Positions 1 to 8,080 of a stretch of 19,195 bases of DNA are shown here, piece by piece (the first letter of the stretch is position 1; each line of letters starts with the position of its first letter). Location of the stretch: the NCBI GenBank assembly GCA_002394025.1, contig DGSV01000036.1, positions 3,431 through 22,625 of the forward strand, given 5' to 3'. This stretch comes from Bacteroidales bacterium UBA4353. GTDB lineage: Bacteria; Bacteroidota; Bacteroidia; Bacteroidales; Paludibacteraceae. The notes under the pieces are model-generated. The model had not been told where the DNA came from and did not search any database. It saw only the letters and a program-made list of their open reading frames with translations. The position numbers and the translations under genes are program-made.

Positions 1-49
1 TCAAACACCAGTGGGGCAACCCATCTCGGTTCGATCCCGAGTCTGGGTA
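1..49 (+). tRNA. Partial tRNA, 3' half, truncated by the window edge. T-stem ctcgg/ccgag (25-29/37-41) with T-loop ttcgatc, acceptor 3' strand tctgggt (42-48), discriminator A49, no encoded CCA. A long variable arm (tggggcaacccat) makes it a type II tRNA. If the anticodon loop begins at base 1 (t-CAA-a), it is possibly tRNA-Leu(CAA).
   Basis: The GGTTCGATCC-type T-arm consensus, with G53/C61 closing the stem, is seen directly. A 7-nt acceptor strand follows immediately. The 13-nt variable arm can form a tggg/ccca stem. The anticodon assignment rests on only 9 nt at the edge of the window. Confidence 0.6.
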
Positions 50-60
50 CAGCAAAAAAG

Positions 61-95
61 CCAAGAGTTGTGGTACACGATTCTTGGTTTTTTTT
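61..95 (+). terminator. Stem-loop ccaaga(61-66)...tcttgg(82-87) with an inner gtg/cac stem, followed by an 8-T run (88-95). Candidate intrinsic terminator or attenuator just downstream of the tRNA.
   Basis: Complementary arms followed by a U-run are seen directly. The 15-nt loop is large, so this is a weaker terminator than those at 4997 and 7991. Confidence 0.35.
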
Positions 96-114
96 ATTAA
101 AACCGATTTATAAC

Positions 115-885
115 ATGATTACCCACCCTAACGCAAAAATCAACCTCGGACTATACATCACCGAAAAACGCCCCGATGGCTACCACAATCTTGAGACAGT
201 ATTCTATCCTGTAACAGGTCTGACTGATACGCTTATTATCGAGCGCGACGTTAGGATTGATGACATAGAATATCGTCAACTCGGCAACTCCATCAATTGC
301 TCCGCCGAAAACAACCTCGTTGTGCGCGCCTACCGACTTCTACAGACCCTACGCGGCATAAAGGGGGTACGTATCACACTGGAAAAACACATTCCATCAG
401 GAGCCGGACTGGGCGGTGGCAGCGCCGACGCAGCTTTCACACTTAAAACACTCAACAACATCTTCGAACTTAACATATCTGACAACGAACTTGCGACACT
501 GGCAAAAAAACTCGGTGCTGACTGCCCCTTCTTCATTTATAACAAGCCCATGCTGGCAACGGGAATTGGTGACATACTAACACCGATAGATATAGACCTG
601 AACGACTACATGATAGACATCATTAAACCCGAAGTATTCGTGAGCACTGCCGAAGCCTATGCCGGTGTCAGTCCCAAGCAGCCCACAGAGAACCTGAAAC
701 ACCTCATCACAAACACGCCCATAGAAAAATGGTGCGAAGTGCTGCACAATGATTTTGAGGACACGGTACTACTTCGCCACCCGGAAATAGCCACCGTAAA
801 GCAGGATATGTACACCCGCGGCGCCATCTACTCAGCCATGTCCGGTTCAGGATCAGCAGTATTCGGAATTTTCAAAAAAAGCTAG
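115..885 (+). CDS. ispE: 4-diphosphocytidyl-2-C-methyl-D-erythritol kinase (IspE), GHMP kinase family. Start taken at ATG 115 (MITHPNAKINLGLYI) rather than the GTG at 70 called in the ORF track.
   Basis: N-terminal AKINLGLYI...RPDGYH motif. GHMP ATP-binding loop PSGAGLGGGSADAA. Length about 256 aa, typical for IspE. Confidence 0.85.
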   Translation: MITHPNAKINLGLYITEKRPDGYHNLETVFYPVTGLTDTLIIERDVRIDDIEYRQLGNSINCSAENNLVVRAYRLLQTLRGIKGVRITLEKHIPSGAGLGGGSADAAFTLKTLNNIFELNISDNELATLAKKLGADCPFFIYNKPMLATGIGDILTPIDIDLNDYMIDIIKPEVFVSTAEAYAGVSPKQPTENLKHLITNTPIEKWCEVLHNDFEDTVLLRHPEIATVKQDMYTRGAIYSAMSGSGSAVFGIFKKS

Positions 886-926
886 AAAACTAGAAAAGCT
901 TGAAATACTAAAAAACTAGAAAAGCT
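886..926 (+). repeat. 15-bp perfect direct repeat aaaactagaaaagct at 886-900 and 912-926, immediately after the ispE stop codon. The ctagaaaag core occurs three times.
   Basis: Seen directly in the sequence. Confidence 0.5.
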
Positions 927-1070
927 AGAGCCTATAAAAGCACTATACCAAGCCCCTATTGAGGAGTTGCATGCCGTTCGAGGGGAGCCCGACACAGAAC
1001 CGAAAACGCAACAGAAGCCAAATTTGACACCAAAAACAAGAAATAAGCTTCCAAATTCAGTTTTTTTTCG

Positions 1071-1078
1071 TAATTTTG
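1071..1078 (+). promoter_or_regulatory. Bacteroidetes sigma-A type -7 element TAATTTTG (consensus TAnnTTTG), 44 bp upstream of the gyrA ATG.
   Basis: Exact match to the TAnnTTTG consensus. No clean -33 TTTG is seen at the right spacing. Confidence 0.45.
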
Positions 1079-1121
1079 CAGGGTATTAGCAAAACATGTA
1101 AATAACCACTAAAAACAGAAT

Positions 1122-3683
1122 ATGGATAACGAACAGAATCAGGATTTTGTAGAAACCGGCAAAATCATTAAAGTTGACATTGACGAACAGATGCGAACGT
1201 CGTATATCGACTACTCAATGTCCGTCATAGTAGCCCGCGCTCTTCCCGAAGTTCGCGATGGTCTGAAGCCTGTGCACCGCCGCGTGCTCTTTGGTATGAA
1301 CCAGTTGCACAACACTTTCGACAAACCGACTAAGAAAAGCGCACGTATCGTGGGAGAGGTAATGGGTAAATATCACCCTCATGGCGACAGCAGTATTTAC
1401 GGCACTCTCGTGCGCCTTGCACAACCATGGAATATGCGCTACTGCCTCGTTGACGGTCAGGGCAACTTCGGTAGCATTGACGGCGACGGACCGGCGGCTA
1501 TGCGTTACACCGAAGCAAGACTGACAAAAATGGCGGAAGAAACACTGCGCGACATCGACAAAGAGACCGTAGATATGGTCCCCAACTTCGACAACACAGA
1601 AAAGGAACCCACAGTGCTGCCCACACGCATACCCAACCTGCTCGTAAATGGTGCGTCAGGCATCGCCGTAGGTATGGCTACAAATATGCCAACACATAAC
1701 CTCTCGGAGGTCGTGGACGGCATAATAGCATATATTGACAACACGGATATCAGCATTGAGGAACTCATGCAATATATCAAAGCCCCGGACTTTCCTACAG
1801 GTGGCATTATATACGGCTACCAGGGTGTGAGAGATGCATACACGACGGGGCGCGGACGCATCGTGATACGCTCACGCTGCGAGATAGAAATGGATGATGA
1901 CGGCAGGGAGCACATCATAATCAAGGAAATACCCTATCAGGTCGTTAAGAGCGAACTGGTAAAAAACATCGCCGACCTCGTGCGCGACAAACGCCTTGAA
2001 GGCATCAGCGACATATCGGACCACACATCCAAGAAAGAAGGCATCAGCATCGTGATAGACATCAAACGCGACGCCAATGCCAACGTGGTACTCAATAAAC
2101 TCTATAAGATGACGGCTCTGCAGTCATCATTCTCGGTAAACAACATAGCCCTTGTCAAAGGTCGCCCAAAACTGCTTAATCTCAAGGACTTGGTAAGCAA
2201 CTTTGTGGAGCACCGCATGGACGTGGTAACACGTCGCACACAATATGAGCTCAAGAAAGCTCAGGAGCGCGCCCATATCCTCGAAGGACTCATCATAGCC
2301 GTCGATAACATCGAAGAAGTCATCTCCATCATCCGCAGGAGCCGCAATGCCGATGAAGCACGCGGCAGACTCATGGAACGTTTCGCAATGAGCGACATAC
2401 AAAGCCGTTACGTGGTGGATATGCGACTCAGAGCCCTCACGGGACTGGCTATAGAAGACCTCAAAAAAGAATATCAGGAAATCAAAGCACGCATCGAATA
2501 CCTGCAATCAGTGCTTGACAGCGAGGAACTGCGCTATCAAATCATCAAGACAGAAATGCTCGAAATCAAAGAACAATATGGTGACGAGCGTCGCACACAA
2601 ATAGTGATGAGTGCCGGTGAATTCACCGACATAGACTTTATAGCTGATGACGAAGTGGTAATCACCGTGAGTCACATGGGCTATATCAAGAGCACACCCC
2701 TTGCTGAATTCAGGGCGCAAGGTCGTGGCGGCAAAGGTAGCAAAGGCTCCGGGACACGCGATGCGGACTTCATAGAATACATCTATCCCGCCACGCGACA
2801 TAACACACTACTCGTCTTCACACAACGCGGCAGATGCTACTGGCTCAAAGTCTATGAATTGCCCGAAGACGGCAAAAACAGCAAAGGCCGTTACATCAAT
2901 AACCTGCTCAATATGGAGCCCGGTGACACCATCAACGCACTGATACCTATACAAAACATCAACGACAAAGATTTTGTCAACAGCCACTACATAGTCTTTG
3001 CCACACAACAAGGTATCATCAAAAAGACCTCGCTCGAAGCCTATTCACGCCCACGCACAGCAGGCGTCAACGCTATCATAATCCGCGATGACGACCGCGT
3101 AGTTGATGTCGCGCTCACCGATGGGAACTCAGAAATAGTCATCGCCAACAGCCTCGGACGCGCAATACGCTTCAATGAAAGCACCGTGCGCGCCATGGGC
3201 AGAATGTCAACAGGCGTCAAAGCCATGAACCTGCGCGAAGACGGCAATCAGGTAATTGGCATGGTTTGTGTACCACAAGATTCAGGACAGACAATAATGG
3301 TAGTGTCGGAGAACGGCTACGGCAAACGCACAAAACTCGACGAAACAGACGAAAACGGTGACATTGTACCCGTTTACCGCATCACCAACCGCGGTGGACA
3401 AGGCGTCAAAACACTCAACATCACCGAGAAAACCGGCAACCTCATAGCCATCAAAGCCGTTAGCGACGACAACGACCTGATGATTATCAACCGCTCGGGA
3501 ATAACACTGCGACTGCACGTAGCAGACGTCAGAGTCATGGGACGACTCACACAAGGAGTTAAACTCATAGACCTGCGCAAAGACATCATAGCCAGCGTAT
3601 GCAGCGTAAGTACTGAACCCGACGAAGAAGGGCAAGAAATAGAACCCGAAGCCGAACAAACTGCGGAACAAGAAAATGAATAA
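1122..3683 (+). CDS. gyrA: DNA gyrase subunit A.
   Basis: YIDYSMSVIVARALPEVRDGLKPVHRRVLF N-terminus. Quinolone-resistance-determining region (QRDR) HPHGDSSIYGTLVRLAQ. The C-terminal beta-pinwheel repeats are present. Acidic C-terminal tail EPDEEGQEIEPEAEQTAEQENE. Length 853 aa. Confidence 0.95.
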   Translation: MDNEQNQDFVETGKIIKVDIDEQMRTSYIDYSMSVIVARALPEVRDGLKPVHRRVLFGMNQLHNTFDKPTKKSARIVGEVMGKYHPHGDSSIYGTLVRLAQPWNMRYCLVDGQGNFGSIDGDGPAAMRYTEARLTKMAEETLRDIDKETVDMVPNFDNTEKEPTVLPTRIPNLLVNGASGIAVGMATNMPTHNLSEVVDGIIAYIDNTDISIEELMQYIKAPDFPTGGIIYGYQGVRDAYTTGRGRIVIRSRCEIEMDDDGREHIIIKEIPYQVVKSELVKNIADLVRDKRLEGISDISDHTSKKEGISIVIDIKRDANANVVLNKLYKMTALQSSFSVNNIALVKGRPKLLNLKDLVSNFVEHRMDVVTRRTQYELKKAQERAHILEGLIIAVDNIEEVISIIRRSRNADEARGRLMERFAMSDIQSRYVVDMRLRALTGLAIEDLKKEYQEIKARIEYLQSVLDSEELRYQIIKTEMLEIKEQYGDERRTQIVMSAGEFTDIDFIADDEVVITVSHMGYIKSTPLAEFRAQGRGGKGSKGSGTRDADFIEYIYPATRHNTLLVFTQRGRCYWLKVYELPEDGKNSKGRYINNLLNMEPGDTINALIPIQNINDKDFVNSHYIVFATQQGIIKKTSLEAYSRPRTAGVNAIIIRDDDRVVDVALTDGNSEIVIANSLGRAIRFNESTVRAMGRMSTGVKAMNLREDGNQVIGMVCVPQDSGQTIMVVSENGYGKRTKLDETDENGDIVPVYRITNRGGQGVKTLNITEKTGNLIAIKAVSDDNDLMIINRSGITLRLHVADVRVMGRLTQGVKLIDLRKDIIASVCSVSTEPDEEGQEIEPEAEQTAEQENE

Positions 3684-3712
3684 ATAACAAAAATCTTAAT
3701 TTCTATATCATT

Positions 3713-4954
3713 ATGAAAAAGGCATTATTAACCCTTCTGGCGGTAGCCCTGATGCTGCCGGCAGTAGCCCAGAAAGCCAATGTCAGCAAAGCCCGCAACA
3801 AAACTTTATCGGAAGAACCTGACTTCAACGCGGCTCGTGAAGCCATAATACCGGCGTTGAGCAACGACGAGACAAAAGACGACCCCAAGACATGGGTCGT
3901 AGCGGCACAAATCGGCGAATACGAAGCCACAACATTGCAGTCACAACTCTTCGGCGGCGATGCGGCAACATTGGTACCAATGATGGGCAAGGCACAGTAT
4001 GAATCAACAGGATACTATACCAAAGCCGCAGAACTCGCGGCAATACCCAATGCCAAAGGCAAAATCGACAACGGCACCATAAAGAAAGCCCAGACACAAC
4101 TCGCACAATACTATGCCGACCAATACATCATACAATACGGCAACCAACTCTTTGAGAACAAGCAGTATATGGAGTCTTACGACGCATTCATGCGTTGGGC
4201 TACCATACCTGACCTGAAATTCATGCAGGAACCAAAAGTAGCGGCAAAAGTAGCCAAGGACACACTCTACTATCAAATCAAATACTACGGAGCCATGTGT
4301 CTGCTGAGAGCCGAAAAAACACACGAAGCACTCGAACTCTGCCAGAGCATCAAAGACGGACTCTACGACCCGTCAAACATCCAGCAGATAGTCACCGACT
4401 GCTACCGTCAACTCGGCGACACCACAAACTTCCTCGCCAGCCTTGAGGAAGGTATGCGCAAATATCCTAACGACCAATGGTTTATCCTGACCATGATCAA
4501 CCACTACGTATTCGGAGGCAAGTCTGAAGAAGCATTGAAACTGATGGACAAAATAATCAAAGAGGATCCTACAAACGCGCAGTACCATTTCGTAAGAGGC
4601 AACCTGCTCAATAATATCAACCGCTTCGACGAAGCCATGCAAAGCTACCAGAAAGCACTTGACCTCAACATAGCACCCGAGACACTGCCTGAAGTCTATA
4701 GCGGCATGGGACGCTCGTACTTTAACCACGCGGTGCAAATCAGCGACGCATCAACATTCGAAAAAGACATCAACAAACTCAACGAAATGGACAGCCAAAT
4801 CAAAGAACTACGCAAGAAAGCACTGCCCTACTTCGAGAAAGTTCATGAGCTGACACCAGATGACCGTCAGACAATGATAACACTGCGCCAACTCTACTAC
4901 CAGCTCAACATGTCTGACAAATACAGCGCCATCAGCGCCGAACTCGGAATGTAA
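3713..4954 (+). CDS. Secreted TPR-like repeat protein. Signal peptide MKKALLTLLAVALMLPAVAQ with a signal-peptidase I-type cleavage site and no lipobox Cys. Co-transcribed with gyrA across a 29-bp gap.
   Basis: The N-terminal signal peptide is seen directly. The internal helical-repeat character (YYQLGD, ALKLMDKIIKEDPTNAQYHFVRGNLL, AMQSYQKALDL) resembles TPR motifs. No enzymatic motif recognised. Confidence 0.6.
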   Translation: MKKALLTLLAVALMLPAVAQKANVSKARNKTLSEEPDFNAAREAIIPALSNDETKDDPKTWVVAAQIGEYEATTLQSQLFGGDAATLVPMMGKAQYESTGYYTKAAELAAIPNAKGKIDNGTIKKAQTQLAQYYADQYIIQYGNQLFENKQYMESYDAFMRWATIPDLKFMQEPKVAAKVAKDTLYYQIKYYGAMCLLRAEKTHEALELCQSIKDGLYDPSNIQQIVTDCYRQLGDTTNFLASLEEGMRKYPNDQWFILTMINHYVFGGKSEEALKLMDKIIKEDPTNAQYHFVRGNLLNNINRFDEAMQSYQKALDLNIAPETLPEVYSGMGRSYFNHAVQISDASTFEKDINKLNEMDSQIKELRKKALPYFEKVHELTPDDRQTMITLRQLYYQLNMSDKYSAISAELGM

Positions 4955-4996
4955 GACTATATAGAACAAAGAGTTAACAATAAAGAGTCAAACTTT

Positions 4997-5030
4997 GTCC
5001 GGACACGCCACGGCGTGTCCGGATTTTTTA
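4997..5030 (+). terminator. Rho-independent terminator. A GC-rich 10-12 bp stem, tccggacacgcc / ggcgtgtccgga, followed by TTTTTT.
   Basis: Perfect inverted repeat followed by a 6-T run, 43 bp after the TPR gene stop. Confidence 0.75.
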
Positions 5031-5259
5031 TTTGGTCATCTGTTTGAACAGAGAGCAAAACTTTAGGCACACAAATCATCTACTTTATGGGCAAAGAAAA
5101 CATGTTATATTTCCGCAAAATTTTCAAGGTAAAGTACATCGCTTTTCAAAACACCTTAATCAGGAACACGAAAAGCTGAAGGACTAGATATTTACTGCTA
5201 TTATATAATTTACTTTTCATTTATTGTGCTATTAGGTTTTCTATTTTTATAAAAAATCT

Positions 5260-5290
5260 TTTGCGCATTACAAAAAAAACACTAACTTTG
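5260..5290 (+). promoter_or_regulatory. Candidate Bacteroidetes promoter: -33 TTTG (5260-5263), a 19-nt spacer, then -7 TAACTTTG (5283-5290). Predicted transcription start about 5296-5300, giving a roughly 90-nt leader to the yqiJ-like ATG.
   Basis: Both elements match the published Bacteroides consensus TTTG-N19-21-TAnnTTTG. Seen directly. Confidence 0.5.
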
Positions 5291-5386
5291 GCAATTGAAT
5301 TTTCAGGGTCCGTTATAATTACCTCTGTCGCAGAACTCACCCGAATAAATTAGTTGTCAAATCATTGTCATAAACATTCTACCGCC

Positions 5387-5935
5387 ATGATTGATTTTTT
5401 TGAAGCCCTTCCCTATTGGCACCGCATTTATTGGACCATAGCCATCGTAGCCACCATTATCTTCGCCATAATGACGATATTGAGTTTTTTTGGCGCAGAC
5501 AGCGACATGGACATTGACGGGGATGGCGACTCGGGACCAAGCCTATTCAGTTTTAAGAGCCTGGTAAACTTTGCCCTTGCATACGGTTGGACTGCTGCAC
5601 TGCTTTACAATACCATCGAGAGTACCGTTATACTTAATGTCATAGCCCTCTGCGTAGGCATTGGTTTTCTGCTGTTGGTTTTTGGTGGTTTAACGCTTAT
5701 GCTTAAGCTTGCCAAGGACGGGTCTTTCAAGATTGGTCAGGCGCTGGGCAAAAAGGCGAACGTATATCTGCGCATACCCGGGCAAAAAAGCGCCAGCGGC
5801 AAGATACAGGTCAGCGTCAACGGTAGCGTGCATGAGATAGACGCATGGACTGAGGGTGAAGAATTACCCACAGGAGCCGTATGTACAGTGACGCAAATCA
5901 TCGACAAAAGCAATGTCATGGTGGAGCCGGCATAA
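5387..5935 (+). CDS. NfeD/YqiJ-like inner-membrane protein (DUF1449-like). It has an N-terminal transmembrane helix, an acidic DSDMDIDGDGDSGP stretch, further transmembrane helices and a C-terminal OB-fold beta-barrel. It is the partner of the downstream flotillin. Start taken at ATG 5387 rather than the TTG at 5354 called in the ORF track.
   Basis: Architecture and gene order match the E. coli yqiJ-yqiK and NfeD-SPFH operons. The C-terminal GKIQVSVNGSVHEIDAWTEGEELPTGAVCTVTQIIDKSNVMVEP is typical of the NfeD C-terminal beta-barrel. Confidence 0.65.
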   Translation: MIDFFEALPYWHRIYWTIAIVATIIFAIMTILSFFGADSDMDIDGDGDSGPSLFSFKSLVNFALAYGWTAALLYNTIESTVILNVIALCVGIGFLLLVFGGLTLMLKLAKDGSFKIGQALGKKANVYLRIPGQKSASGKIQVSVNGSVHEIDAWTEGEELPTGAVCTVTQIIDKSNVMVEPA

Positions 5936-5973
5936 ATCAGAAAAAAACAATAACTCTATAATAACCAACAACT

Positions 5974-7335
5974 ATGCTACAATTAACTATTATCATTGCC
6001 GTAGCGGCGTTCTTCATTTTCTACGCCATAGTAAAGCGCTATAAACGTTGCCCATCGGACAAAATTCTCGTTGTTTATGGTCGTACGAGTGGCACATCAG
6101 CGCATTGCATACACGGTGGCGGTGCCTTTATCTGGCCCATTATCCAAGATTATGCCTACTTAAGCCTCACACCGATATCCATAGAAGCTAATCTGACTAA
6201 TGCCCTGAGCCGTCAGAACATCCGCGTTGACGTACCATGCCGCTTCACGGTAGGTATCTCCACAGAAGAAGACTCTATGAACAATGCCGCAGAACGTCTG
6301 CTGGGTCAGACAGCGGATCAGATACAAGAACTCGCGCGCGATATCCTCTTCGGACAGCTGCGTCTTGTGATAGCCACCATGTCAATTGAGGAAATCAATG
6401 CCGACCGCGACAAATTCCTAGAGAACGTATCGAAAAACGTTGAGGCGGAACTCAAGAAGATAGGTCTTCGCCTGATTAACGTCAATGTAACCGACATCAA
6501 AGACGAGTCAGGCTACATCGAGGCCCTTGGTAAGGAAGCCGCCGCAAAGGCCATCAACGAGGCTAAAGTCAGCGTTGCCGAACAAGAAAAGATTGGTGAG
6601 ATAGGTAAGGCGGAAGCTGTTCGTGACACGCGTATCCGTACCGCAGAAGCCAATGCCGTAGCCGTCAAGGGTGAGAATGCTGCGCAGATTGAGGTTGCCA
6701 ACTCCAATGCCGACCGTCGAGCCCGTGAGGCAGAAGCGGCACGCCTTGCCGTATCGGCTGAAAAAGTTCAGCAGGCACGAGCACTGCAAGAAGCATACGC
6801 AGCGGAACAAGATGCCGAACGAGCTCGCGCCGAGCGTGAACGGGCTACACAGAACGCCAACATCATAGTGCCTCAGGAAGTTGAGAAAAACCGCCGTATC
6901 ATTGAAGCACAAGCCGAGGCGGAACGCATACGAGTCAACGCCCAAGGTGAGGCTGACGCCATATACGCCAAGATGGAAGCCGAGGCAAAAGGTCTCTACG
7001 AGGTGCTCACAAAACAGGCACAAGGCTACCAGCAGATGGTTGCCGCGGCAGAAGGAGATGCAACGAAAGCATTCCAACTGCTGCTGCTCGAAAAATTGCC
7101 GGATTTGGTACGCACACAAGTAGAAGCCATCAAGGGTATCAAGATCGACAAAGTCACCGTATGGGACAGCGGAAATCCAAATGGCGGAAAAGGCTCTACG
7201 GCGAACTTCCTCAGTGGACTATTCCAATCAATCCCTCCTCTCAGCGACCTATTCGAGCAAGCCGGACTCAGCCTGCCCGAATACCTCAAAGGAAAAGACA
7301 AACATGACGTTGAGAACGTAACACCACAAGAGTAG
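5974..7335 (+). CDS. Flotillin-like SPFH/band-7 protein (YqiK/FloT family). N-terminal membrane anchor, SPFH domain, and a long Ala/Glu-rich coiled-coil flotillin region.
   Basis: YKRCPSDKILVVYGRTSG SPFH start. EA-repeat coiled coil AEAARLAVSAEKVQQARALQEAYAAEQDAERARAERERA. Lies 38 bp downstream of the yqiJ-like gene. Confidence 0.85.
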   Translation: MLQLTIIIAVAAFFIFYAIVKRYKRCPSDKILVVYGRTSGTSAHCIHGGGAFIWPIIQDYAYLSLTPISIEANLTNALSRQNIRVDVPCRFTVGISTEEDSMNNAAERLLGQTADQIQELARDILFGQLRLVIATMSIEEINADRDKFLENVSKNVEAELKKIGLRLINVNVTDIKDESGYIEALGKEAAAKAINEAKVSVAEQEKIGEIGKAEAVRDTRIRTAEANAVAVKGENAAQIEVANSNADRRAREAEAARLAVSAEKVQQARALQEAYAAEQDAERARAERERATQNANIIVPQEVEKNRRIIEAQAEAERIRVNAQGEADAIYAKMEAEAKGLYEVLTKQAQGYQQMVAAAEGDATKAFQLLLLEKLPDLVRTQVEAIKGIKIDKVTVWDSGNPNGGKGSTANFLSGLFQSIPPLSDLFEQAGLSLPEYLKGKDKHDVENVTPQE

Positions 7336-7382
7336 TTGCAAAAAAACAACAAATTTTTTACACTGATAACAAAAATTAGTTG

Positions 7383-7390
7383 TAACTTTG
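7383..7390 (+). promoter_or_regulatory. -7 element TAACTTTG, 51 bp upstream of ATG 7442.
   Basis: Exact TAnnTTTG match. It lies after the flotillin stop, so it probably gives independent transcription of the PUR-like gene. Confidence 0.45.
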
Positions 7391-7441
7391 TGCCAACATT
7401 AACCAGGAACGGTGCTATGCCGTTTCGCAAAGAATAAATCG

Positions 7442-7879
7442 ATGGAAGAAAGAAAACAAGAAAACAGAAGAGACAGCGAAATCTTTTTCTCAAAAGCTAT
7501 CCGTGCCGGCAAACGTATTTATTACCTTGATGTTAAGCAGGGAATGAACGACGACCTCTATCTCGCTATTACAGAGAGCAAAAGACGCCAAGTTGGTGAA
7601 TTGCCCGATGGTCGTCCAGCCTACGAAATCGAGAAACACAAGATTTTCCTCTACAAGGAAGACTTCCAGAGTTTCAGAGATGCCTTGGCTGAGGTCATCA
7701 AGTACGTTGAGGATCATCTTGACGCGCCAATAGAGCCCCGTCCAGCATACGTTCCGCAGCATAACGCCGAAGAGCCATCAGCTGAACAAGAGGTAAAAGC
7801 ACAAGATGCCGAGGCGCCGAAAGACAAAGAAGAAAACGAAGAAGAAAGCAAAGGATTCTTCGGAAAACTATTCGGATAA
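7442..7879 (+). CDS. PUR-alpha-like nucleic-acid-binding protein (DUF3276-type, a Bacteroidetes-restricted family) with a low-complexity acidic C-terminal tail. Start taken at ATG 7442 rather than the GTG at 7412.
   Basis: A KRIYYLDVKQG...DLYLAITESKRRQ repeat followed by a second beta-rich repeat (IFLYKEDFQSFRDALAEVIKYVE). My recollection of the family assignment is moderate. The tail is AEEPSAEQEVKAQDAEAPKDKEENEEESKGFFGKLFG. Confidence 0.55.
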   Translation: MEERKQENRRDSEIFFSKAIRAGKRIYYLDVKQGMNDDLYLAITESKRRQVGELPDGRPAYEIEKHKIFLYKEDFQSFRDALAEVIKYVEDHLDAPIEPRPAYVPQHNAEEPSAEQEVKAQDAEAPKDKEENEEESKGFFGKLFG

Positions 7880-7990
7880 GCGGCTACTTAGTCTGCAGGA
7901 CTTCAGAAAATTACAACTTTTCAGCCTGCACAAAGAAACAAGTATCATAAAAACATAATTTTAGCGATAATAATCTATAACAATAACAAA

Positions 7991-8020
7991 AGAGGCAACC
8001 CTGTCAGGTTGCCTCTTTTG
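7991..8020. terminator. Bidirectional rho-independent terminator between the convergent PUR-like (+) and hsp20 (-) genes. Stem agaggcaacc / ggttgcctct, loop ctgtca, flanked by an A-run upstream and a T-run downstream.
   Basis: Perfect 10-bp inverted repeat with A/T runs on both sides. Seen directly. Confidence 0.7.
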
Positions 8021-8080
8021 TTATTATTTCATGCGCCTTTCAAGTTCGCAAGGTAGCGGTTTGGTATAAAGACACAAACA

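Noticed and set aside
70-114. GTG-initiated 15-codon N-terminal extension of ispE (MVHDSWFFLLKPIYN) from the ORF track
   Set aside because: It overlaps the hairpin and U-run, and the homologous IspE N-terminus begins at MITHPNAKINLGLYI. The ATG at 115 is taken as the start.
1215-3671. Multiple 60-130 aa antisense ORFs within gyrA
   Set aside because: All are nested opposite a highly conserved essential gene, have no signal or motif content and odd composition. They are shadow ORFs.
3703-3990. 95-aa minus-strand ORF overlapping the start of the TPR gene
   Set aside because: It lies antisense to a gene with a clear signal peptide and has no recognisable features.
5354-5386. TTG-initiated extension MSNHCHKHSTA on the yqiJ-like gene
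   Set aside because: It is an unusual His/Cys-rich peptide from a TTG start. The in-frame ATG at 5387 begins the conserved hydrophobic N-terminus and the leader geometry fits, so I treat the extension as an ORF-caller artefact.
6508-7123. Antisense and alternate-frame ORFs inside the flotillin gene (203-aa minus-strand ORF; Arg-rich 65-aa and 80-aa plus-strand ORFs)
   Set aside because: They arise from the GCN/GAR-rich coiled-coil coding repeat and translate to low-complexity Arg/Cys-rich peptides. They are nested inside a confidently identified gene.
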